Assembly: GCF_001194135.2 (NCBI RefSeq)
Contig: NC_068981.1
Span: 180,621,055-180,685,054, forward strand
DNA: 64,000 nt
Origin: Octopus bimaculoides
Taxonomy: Eukaryota
Reading direction: 5' to 3'
Shown here: piece by piece, positions 13,401 to 25,000 of the stretch
Layout: each line of letters begins with the position of its first letter
Numbering within the stretch: the stretch's first letter is position 1
Notes under the pieces: generated by a model
Databases searched by the model: none
What the model was told of the DNA's origin: nothing
The model's input: the letters and a program-made list of their open reading frames with translations, nothing else
Made by a program: the position numbers and the translations under genes

Positions 13401-16262
13401 GCAAAATGATACTTAAAAAGGGAAAGAGAAGGCATAAAAATGTGACACCTGTTTTCATCAATTTCTGGCACTTTATAACACACACGTAACAGAGTAACAG
13501 CTTTCTAATTATTATTTTCAGAAATAATAATTCAGCAGTTTAACCCTTTAAGCATTTAAACCAGCCATATCTAGCCTAAATATCCCACTTGTTTTATGTT
13601 CATACTGGTCAGCTCTGGTTTCTCACACCTACCCTACAATGTCATCCTAAAAATAAACAATGACATCATCAAAATCTCAAAGCTACAAGATAATGTATGA
13701 TTAATACAAGACACTGTGAATAAATATGCATTACATTTTACAGAGTAATCTGAATGCTAAAGGGTTAAATTCACATTTAAACAATCCTACATCAATTGTA
13801 ACAATTTTCTCATTATTACTATTTCTAAAATTTTCTTTAATTTTAGGTGCCTTCTAATCAACCATTGGGAGCCTTCCAACCAAACCCTTCTCAACCTGTA
13901 CATAATCAACTCTATCCTCAACATTCCTACCCTGGTAAGTTTGCTTCCATAAACTAAATATAAATAAGCAAAATTAGTTGTAATGTAAGAATGCTGTTAG
14001 AATTTACTAAAGGCTTGACTAAAAGAGGTAGATTCATCTTATCTATTGCTAGGCTTATATGGAGTGGGGTTGATTCAATCAACTATACCCCTTTCCTGCA
14101 AACTTTTGTGTGAATAGATATGGTATAGATAAGAGTGGTGGAGGCGCAATGGCCCAGTGGTTAGGGTAGCGGACTTGCGGTTTCGATTCCCAGACCGGAT
14201 GCTGTGAGTGTTTATTGAGCGAAGACACCTAAAGCTCCACGAGGCTCCGGCAGGGGATGGTGGCGAACCCTGCTGTACTCTTTCACCACAACTTTCTCTC
14301 ACTCTTACTTCCTGTTTCTGTTGTGCCTGTAATTCAAAGGGTCAGCCTTGTCACACTGTGCCACGCTGAATATCCCCCGAGAACTACGTTAAGGGTACAC
14401 GTGTCTGTGGAGTGCTCAGCCACTTGCACGTTAATTTCATGAGCAGGCTGTTCCGTTGATCGGATCAACTGGAAACCTCGACGTCGTAAGCGACGGAGTG
14501 CCAACACACACAGATAAGAGTGATTGGCAGAATAATTAGCGTCAGAGGAAATGCTGTGTAGAATTAGTTCTGGCCCCAAGTCCTAAGTTCAAATCATACC
14601 TTTTATCCTTCTAAGTACTTGTCAAATACTCAGTTCGATATAATCAGCTGTATTTTCCCTCAGATTTGAGGCCTTCTACTTATATTTGAAATCAGCATAA
14701 TTAATAGCAGCAGTATAATCATAATTACCAACATTTTAACGTCTGCTTTTCCATTCTCATATGGGTCGGACAGAATATGTTGAGGCTGATTTTATGGGGG
14801 CCAGATGCCCTTCCTGTTGCAAACACTCGCCTGTTTCCAAATAAGTTAATGTTCCCCACTGACAAAGCAAAACAAAGGGCACTTCTAGGATGATGGTGGC
14901 ACTCATTTACAACTATTATGTAAAGACAAAGCAAGGAGACAGCAACACACACACACATATATGTACATATGATGGGCTTCTTTCAGTTTCCACCTACCAA
15001 ATCCGCTCACAACCCTATAATAGATGTAGATCATGTTTAGGACCAATATTTGCAAGCCTATTAAACTAGTCTTGACTGAAAGCTAGAAATACACATAAAA
15101 TAACATTGAAGACATCTGTATTAGTTTATGCTAAAAATATATTTTACTTTGAAATAATTTATCTATAACCGTATTAACTTACAATAACTTTTTTCAAATT
15201 TTATGCTTTGTAATTTTCTCAAAACTGCATTTTTTTAAAACCATTTTTCTAGTACCTGTCAGTTCTGCCGATATCCATGTGCCAGTTATTCTTTCTGAAT
15301 CTAGACAGCATAATACTGAAATGCGTTTAGCTGTGAGTAAAATAACCGAAAAAGTCGACCAGGTATTGTGCAAAGTAAGTACCATCTAAAAAAATTATTT
15401 TTGTATTTTCTTGATTTTATTTTTCAAGTTATTATTTATTAAAGTAACTATCATATATGCAGATGTATAAAACACTCTTTTTTTTATTCTTAAGTGTAAT
15501 AAAACATTGGCCTGAGTCTAATAGAACTGTATTACGGTTGGTATACAGTTTGTGTAAATGTATGATGCAACATATTAACCCTTTAGCATTTAAACCTGCC
15601 ATATCTGGCCCAATTATTCTGCCTGTTTTAAATTTAAACTGGCCAGATTCAGCCTCTCATACCTACCCTACAAAGTCATTCTAAAAATAAAACAATCACA
15701 TCATAAAAATCTCGAAGTGACAAGACAATGCATGATTAATTCAAAACAATATGAATAAATAAGCATTACATTTGACAGCATAATCTAAATGCTAAAGGGT
15801 GTTTGGTTTGTTTTTTCCACTATAAAATAGGGATTTGTCTCATGCAAGAGTACATCTTGTACAGCAGCAAATATGGTATCAATAGTCATTGAGTTTCACT
15901 TGTTAAATTACTGGTTAGTAGTATTATAGTTGACCGTTGGGATGAAGTAAATGGTTAGGGTAGCAGCTTGTAATTAAATACATTGGCTGATTGAATTTCA
16001 TTTACCTAACAGGAAGACAAAATGATATTAATATTATTATTATTATTATTATTGCATTGAGCTGATAGAATCATTAGCACACTGGATGAAATGGCGTTGT
16101 TTCGCCCATTGCTACGTTCTGAGTTCAAATTCTGCCAAGATCAGCTTTGCCTTTCATCCTTTCAGGGTCAATGAATTAAGTACCAGTAAAACACTGGGGT
16201 TGATGTAATCGACTAGTCCCCATCTCCCAAAATTTCAAGGTCTTGTGCCTTCAGTAGAAAGG

Positions 16263-16313
<51 letters not shown>

Positions 16314-16735
16314 GTTATTATTATTATTATTTTTGTTATTATTATGTGTAGTCACATATTTACAGCTAATATTACTCCTCTTGATAAGGCTGAGAGCTGG
16401 TAGAATGTTAGCATGCTGGGAAAAATGCTTAGCAGCATTTCATGTCTTTATATTCTGAGTTCAAATTTCACCAGGGCCAACTTTGTCTTCTATCCTTTCA
16501 GGGTTAATAAAATAAGTACCAATTGAACACTAGGGTTTCAGTTGAACTTGCTGGCCTTGTGCCAAAGTTTTAAGCTATTATTATTATTCAGTAGTTTTAT
16601 TTTTATAGCGTACTTTCACTTCACTACCGAGCGCAGCTCTGTGTGTCTTGGATATGTGCTGTGGTTTGCTGTGATGCTCTTATGGGTACTGTATTGAAAG
16701 TGTTTTGTGTAGGATGCGTGCAGTGCCCAGTAGTG

Positions 16736-16779
<44 letters not shown>

Positions 16780-16981
16780 CATTATTATTATCATTATTAA
16801 TTCTAATGGTTTCTGATTTAGGTATAAAGCCAGTAATTTTGTTGGCTTGAGATTAGTCAATTACATCAACCCCAGTGCTTGATTAGTATTTTATTTTATC
16901 AAACCTAGAAGTATGAAATCTAAAGGCATAATGCCTAAAATTTTGTATGAAGGAGTTAGTCAATTAAATCAACTCCAGTAC

Positions 16982-17016
<35 letters not shown>

Positions 17017-20000
17017 GATATGCCACCCTGTATCAAACAACGCTTGAATGTTGACATACTTAGCTTTTCCTTCAGTAATTCTTACCAGATAATGGATGTA
17101 TGGCTGTATAGTAAGAAGTTTGCTTCCCAGCCACATGGTTCCTAGTTCAGTCACATTCTGTGGCACCTTGGACAAGTTTCTTCTGCTATAGCCCTGGGCC
17201 AACCAAAGTCGTGTGAGCAGATTTGGTTGACAAACCAAAAGAAGCTCATTGTGTGTGTGTGTGTACTTATATGTATGTGTATGTTTGTGTCTTTTTCTCT
17301 TGACATTGCATGGTAGTTATATAATCTGTTACTGTCATACAAGCAGTGTCATTAATTTTCAGTATACTGCGAGAACATGTCTGGCCATGGGGAATATTAA
17401 CTTACTTAGAAACGAGGGTTGGCAACAGGCAGGGCATCTAGCCATAGAAAATCTGCCTCAATAAACTTTACCTGACCTCTGGAATTATGGTAAAGTCAAT
17501 GTTAAAATGATGATGATGATGAGACCGTGTGAGAGCTATTTAGTGGTTTAAAATGTATAAGGACTATTATAAGTGAATACCTAAAGCACTGTTGTTGTGA
17601 TGATAATCTTTTGCATCTTTGTTTCAGTTGGATCACTCTGCACAAAACAATTTCCTTAATCCAGTTCCGTCACTAGAAACATCTGTTTTAATGCAGAACA
17701 TTCAACGAATTGTTCAGGTAAATACTTGCTTCACACTAATTTTTATTCTCTCTCTTGCTTTCTCTCCTCTCTCTATCTTTCGTTCCACCTATCTCTCTTT
17801 CCTTCATATTAACCTGTATACAGTAATTTGTTTGTTTTTTTAGCTTTAGTCCTTGCTGTCATTCTTTTTTTTCTCTCATTCATTCTTTTCCTCTCTTTCT
17901 CTCTCTCTCTCCATCTCAAATGTCTTACATACTCTACATTAAAGGAAAATGAAAGACTCAAAAAGGAAGCTATGGAAAAAGCAAGTAAAGTGGAGTCTCA
18001 AAACCTAAAAATATCTGAACTTCTTCAGCAGAATCAAAAGTAAGTTTTGACTTATGACCAACACCTGTAAAAATGTATGCCACTAATCAGTCATGATAAA
18101 CCTATTTCCCAGTATTTTAAGGACAGGATTGATCTGAAAATTGTTAAAGAATGAAGGGTTAGAAAGTTAGAAAAACTTGTTATAATTTGAAAGAATATAT
18201 TTGGTGGTAGATTTTTCTTGCTTTTTTTTTTTTTTTTTTTTTTAGTTAGACTTTTTTTTTTTTTTATTCAAAGGTGATATCTTTTAACTTAATTGTTATC
18301 AGACTGCAGTTATGCTGAGGCACTGCCCTGTGGGGTTTTAATCAGATAAATCGACCCCGTACTTATTTATTTATTTGTTTTGTTAAATTTGGTACTTTAT
18401 TCTATCAGTTTCTGTTGCTGAACTACTAAGTTATGGAGACGTAAACAAACCAACATTGGTTATCAAGTGGTTGGGAAAACAGATACACACACACACACAC
18501 ACAATAAGCTTCTTTCAACCTAATGCAGTCACAAGGTTTTGGTCGGTCTTGGGCTATAGTTGAAGACATTTGCCCAAGGTGCCTTACAGTGGGACTGAAC
18601 CCAGAACTATGTGACTAAGAAGCAAACTTACCATACTGCCATGCCTGCACCTAGGAAACCTATTTTCAACAGCAAGTTTAAAAATAGAAATTTTATTATT
18701 AAAAGTATGCCACCAGTACAACTATGCCCTATCATTTCACCATTTTGTTGTTCATTTTTTCATATCATCGTTCGGAGAGGTCTGCAGTGCAGTATGTTGT
18801 TATTTATCTTGATCTTGCAACAAGTTCTTTGGTCCTGATCTCACCATTTCTTGTCTTTGTTTTCCGGCTGCTAATTGAGGACAGCCATAATTGTCTCCCT
18901 TGACACATTTATATTCTTGAATTTTAAACAGCAAATGTTAACTCTTAACACTCCACATTTACAATACACTGCAACAACCAAAATATAACCAATATATAGT
19001 ATGTATTGCAATAAAACACTTCTTACATGACATTCACATTGCTATTATACGAGAAACGACATTAAGAAGGGCATCCAACCATAGTTCAGTGGTTAGAGCA
19101 TTGAGCTTACAATCATGAGGCTGTGAGTTCAATTTCAAGACTGGGCTGTGTGTTGTGTTCTTGAGCAAGACACTTTATTTCATGTTGCTCCAGTTCACTC
19201 GTCTGTAGAAATGGGTTGTGACGTCACTGGTGCTAAGCTGTATCGGCGTTTGCCTTGGACACCATCAGTGGTGTGGAGAGGAGAGGCTGGTATGCATGGG
19301 CGACTGCTGGTCTTCCACAAATAACTGTGCCCAAACTTGTAACTGAAGAAGGGGGTCTTTACCCAACCATAGAAACCATTCCAAAACAGACAGTAGAGCT
19401 TGACTCAGTCCTCTGACCTATCAGGCTGTCCATCCCATGGCAGCATGGAATACAGATGCTAAATAAGGATGATGAAATTATGACCCAATGTAGTACCTCA
19501 TATGTAGTACTTCACAATCCAAATTACACGTCAGTAACAACTGGACTAAAAAAAAATCCAATGGCAGACTCATAACATATATTGAAATTATGCATCTAAT
19601 ACATAGGTACCATTAATAGTATCATTAACATGAAAGTATTATTAATAGGCCACAATACACTAGAAACGCACGTTTTAATAATTTCGGAATTCTTGTTGTC
19701 AGGTTTGTGGAACAGAGTAATAGTTTACTTGAACAGAGGAATGACAGCTACAAGGACTCAGCAGAACGATCGCAAGCTCAAGTCTTGAAACTGGAGAAAG
19801 ACAAAGTAAGTTGGAGATTTTTGGGGGTGTTTTTCCCTCCATTTTGTTATTTTTTTTTTCTTCTGTATTCATATAAACAGAATAGGAATGGAGATTTTGG
19901 ACTTCCACTGTACAGCACTTTGGGCAAGTGTCTTCTACCATAGCCCTAAGTCAACCAATACCTTCTGAGTGAATTTGGTAGACTGAAATTGTGCAGAAAT

Positions 20001-20281
20001 CCATCATATATGAATGTATGTGTGTGTGTGCTTCTTTATGTTTGCGTTTGTTTCCTGCTGCTTAATGACCAGTGTTGGTTTGTTTACATCCTCAACTTAT
20101 CAGATCAGCAAAAACAGACTGGTAGAATAAATTCCAGACTTTTAAATACTGGAGTCTATTCGATTAATTAACACCTTCAAAGTAGTACCCCACTATGGTC
20201 AGAGTCCAGAGGCTGAAACAGCCCGGAGATATTTGAGTGGCAATAAATGGCAAGAGAGAGAGAGAGAGAACACCATCAGTA

Positions 20282-20312
<31 letters not shown>

Positions 20313-21987
20313 GTTTAACATCCGCTTTCCATGCTAGCATGGGTTGGACGATTTGACTGAGGACTGGTGAAACCAGATGGCTACACCGGCTCCAATCTGA
20401 TTTGGCAGAGTTTCTACAGCTGGATGCCCTTCCTAACGCCAACCACTCAGAGAGTGTAGTGGGTGCTTTTACGTGTCACCTGCACGAAGGCCAGTCAGGC
20501 GGTACTGGCAACGGCCACACACTCAAGCAGAGTAACCAACCTGGCAGAAAAAGCTTCATTCTTAAGTAATTAAAAAAGTAGTTCTATTGACAACTTCATT
20601 AGAGAAGAATTAGTGAGAGATCAAAATCAGTAAAGACAATGAAATGTTGGTTAACATATGCAAACTTAAATCAGGATTTAGATTATTTATAAGATATACC
20701 TTTGTTAATAATTCTAATAGCCTTATCTCCTAAATTGCCATAACTCCAGTGTCCTCTAGTTTCTTTCAGTGAAAGTATCATACTGTGTTTTGGTTTTCAT
20801 CATCATCATCGTTTAACGTCCGCTTTCCATGCTAGCATGGGTTGGACGATTTGACTGAGGACTGGTGAAACCGGATGGCTACACCGGGCTCCAATCTGAT
20901 TTGGCAGAGTTTCTACAGCTGGATGCCCTTCCTAACGCCAACCACTCTGAGAATGTAGTGGGTGCTTTTACGTACCACCGGCACGAGGGCCAGTCAGGCG
21001 GTACTGGCAACGGCCACGCTCAAATGGTGTATTTTATGTGCCACCCGCACAAGAGCCAGTCCAGGGGCACTGGCAACGATCTCGCTCGAAAGTCCGACTT
21101 TAGTAAAAGTCTGAACTATTGTAACTTAAAAGTAATTCTGTTAAATACTAGTTAATGGAAGTGACAACGCTTAAAAACAAATAATTACCAGATTTTGTGA
21201 TATGCAACAATTCATTACATTTCATAGCTGGAATGTTGCAGGCTTGTTCTTGTGTTTTTATTTTTGAGGCCAAAAGCATGAAGGAGATCAACAATTATAT
21301 TTTAATCAGTTTTACAATTAAAATGAGGAAATCATGCATCAAAAGGGAGTCTATTTTGATGGAACCAAGAGACCTGTCCATTCCATCCATCATTTCCACC
21401 TACTGTTCCTTGGAGTAGAGTCCTCAGGCACTTCCTTCATAAGGCCCCATTAGAAACAACCATTATTAGACTTTCCAGCTGCATTTCCAAGCATGACCAG
21501 CTGAAACTATGGATATTATCCAACCATCTTGTTCTTAGTCTACCTCTGGGTCTCTTGCCAGTTGGTTCACCTTGAAGAATCTGTCTTGTAAGACAGGTAA
21601 TGGAAATGACAAGTAAATAGTTTTAAAGCAACTGTAATCTGGTCACACTAGTATTTCAAAGGCAAAGGAGAAAGATCTTGTGACTCTTTACCAAAAGCTC
21701 ACAATACTGAAAATCTACCATTTCTATAAATGGTAGAAACTATAGACTAAAAGTTGTATCACTTTACTTTTATTATATACTCTTTTACTTGTTTCAGTCA
21801 TTTGACTGCGGCCATGCTGGAGCACCACCTTTAGTCGAAGAAATCGACCCCAGGACTTATTGTTTATAAGCCTAGTACTTATTCTATCGGTCGCTTTTGC
21901 CGAACCGCTAAGTTACGGGAATGTAAACACACCAGCATCAGTTGTCAAGCAATGTTGGGGGACAAACACAGACACACAAGCATATAT

Positions 21988-22037
<50 letters not shown>

Positions 22038-25000
22038 GACGGGCTTCTTTCAGTTTCCGTCTACCAAATCCACTCACAAGGCTCTGGTCGGCCTGAGGCT
22101 ATAGTAGAAGACACTTGCCCAAGGTGCCACGCAGTAGGACTGAACCCAGAACCATGTGGTTCGTAAGCAAGCTACTTACCACACAGCCACTCCTGCCCCT
22201 ATATATGAAATCATTGTCTGAACCAACTCTAATTAAACCGAAAACTCATGTAACTTGACATTTTTACATATTAAACAAGATATATGTCCATATTATTTTA
22301 CATGTTCTATCTTTAGTTGATGTACAAATTTTAATTTGAATTGCAAGAAGGTAAAGAATTTCTACATCAAACTTTAAAACGTTTTTTATCAAATGTAACC
22401 TTTTGGAGTTATTATAATTCAATTTATTACTGAGGATATACATTTATAAAATATATTTTGTGTATGTGTCTGTAATTTGATAATCTCTTGATTCTAAAAT
22501 CCATAGGCTAAGATTACATCAGAACTGAGTTCTGCGACCTCTATGGTGAGTAACCTGCAGCTGGAAGTATCAGCCATTCGTAAACAAGAAACTGAGTTAA
22601 GACAGAAGTTGAATTCCACAATGACAGACAAAACTGCTACCAAGGAGCAAATAGAAAATTTAAATAAACAAGTTGAAGGTAAAAAAAACTTATTTTTATT
22701 ATAACTGTATAATGTCATAATGTCATCAGAATTTATAAAATTAGAGAAAATGTGAAATAATTCCATTCTGGAACAGTGGATCTTGAAGCTGTGAAAGTTA
22801 TAAATAAAAGCATGTAAATACTGGATTAAAAATCCCTTTGGATAGAAAATGTTAACCTCTGGTAGACTTTGACCTTTTCTATCCAAAAGGGTTTTTTAAC
22901 CCAATATTTACATACTATCATTTATAGCTTTAACTGCTTCAAGATCCACTGTTCCAAAAAAGAATTATAACTATATAAATCTTTCTCTAACTCGTTATCA
23001 CCTGTAAAGTCTATGTTGTTTTTAATTACCCTTGCAATTTGAAGATATCCATCATCATTGTTATCTGCTCTTGGGAACTTACTTATTTCCAGATTCAATA
23101 ATATTGGTTTCAAATTTTGGCCCAAGGCCAGCAATTTCAGAGGAGTGGGTAAGTCGATTACATCCACCTCCATGTTCAACTGGTACTTATTTTATTGACC
23201 ATGAAAGGATGAAAGACAAAATCGACTTCAGCAGAACTTGAACTCAAAATATAAAGACAGACGAAATGGCACTAAGCATTTTACCCAGTGTGCTATGATT
23301 CTGCCAGCTTGCTGTCTTTCCAAATTCAATAACATCTGAAATAAATCATCTGTAATTTTCCCAAAGAATCACTACTTTATTTTTACTGTTAGATGGCACA
23401 TAGAATTAAGCACCTTTTCTAGAGATGCATGGTGAATATATGCTGGCTGAATTGAATATGGACTCGTGTTTCATTTGCTGGCAATTCAATAATGTATCTG
23501 CTTGGCCATTTCAAATTTATCATCCCAGTACTAGGCTTACAAAGAATAAGTCTTGGGGTCGATTTGCTCTACTAAAGGCGGGGCTCCAGCATGGCCACAG
23601 TCTAATGACTGAAACAAGTAGAAGAGTATACCATGCATAGACATAACTTTATCTTTTACTTGTTTCAGTCATTAGACTGTGGCCATGCTGGGGCACCACC
23701 TCAAAGAAGTTTTAGCCAAATGAATTGACTCCAGTACCCATTTGTTTTTTTTTGTTTTTTGCATGGTACTTATTCTATTTGTCTCTTTTGCCAAACCGTT
23801 AAGTTATAGGGTATAAATGCACCAACACTGGTTGTCAAGCAATGGTGGAGAACGGACACGAAGACACAACACATATGCATACACATATATATGACAGGCT
23901 TCTTTCAGTTTCCATATACTAAATCCACTCACAAAGCTTTGGTCAGCCTGAGACTATAGTAAAAAACACTTGCCTTAGATGCCACATAGTGGGATTGAAC
24001 TTGGAGTCATGTGGTTGAGAAGCAAGCTTCTTACCACACAGTCACGCTTGCACCTATATATTCATAAGATATATCAGTGTATATTTACTGGGTATGTGTC
24101 TGCATATGTGCCTAATTTGATAATTTCTTTAGTCTAATATCCATAAACCAAGATTGCAACAGAGTTCTGCAGCTGTAAGAATCAACCATTTATAAACAAG
24201 CATTTTGTGAAGTAAAAAGACATCTTTATCTTTTATCTTTTAATTGTTTCGGTCATTGTGGTGTGGCCATGCTGGAGCACCACCTTAAAAGGTTGAGAAG
24301 AACAAACCAATCCCAGTACTTACTATTTTATAAGCCTGGTACTTATTGTAACAGTCTCTTTTGCCCAACTGCTAAGTTGTGAGAACATAAACAGATCAAC
24401 AATAGTTGTCAAGTGGTATAGTGGCGGAGGGAACACAACTACAATGACACACATGCGCGTGTGCGCGCACACACACGTAATACATACATACGTACACACA
24501 ACAGGCTTCTTTCAGTTTCCATCTACCAAAACGCTTGGTCATTGTGTCATGCAGTAGGACTGAACCCAAGATCATGTGGCTGGGGAAGCAAGCTTCTTAA
24601 CAACACAGTTTTTATGAATGTATGTCTTATTATGTGTGACATAATTCGTCATGCATAATCACAGCAGACTTTTGATGATAAGACAAAATATTATTAGGTC
24701 ACTAAATAGGAATTGCTCTGAAAGTAAAGAGACACAATGACTTAGTGATTATTCTTCTTTTTCTTTTTTGCTCCAATTTTTTTTTTTTTTTTTTTTTTTA
24801 GATCATCATCATCATTTAACATCCATAAAAGACACCATTTCGAGCGTGGCCGTTTTCGTGCAGGTGACACGTAAAAGCACCCACTACACTCTCTGAGTGG
24901 TTGGCGTTAGGAAGGGCATCCAGCTGTAGAAACTCTGCCAAATTAGATTGGAGCCTGATGTTGCCATCCGGTTTCACCAGTCCTCAGTCAAATCGTCCAA

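Noticed and set aside
15362-15374. Alternative in-frame donor cag|gtattg 12 nt upstream of the chosen donor
   Set aside because: It is weaker than the aaa|gtaagt site and there is no transcript evidence; it cannot be supported from sequence alone.
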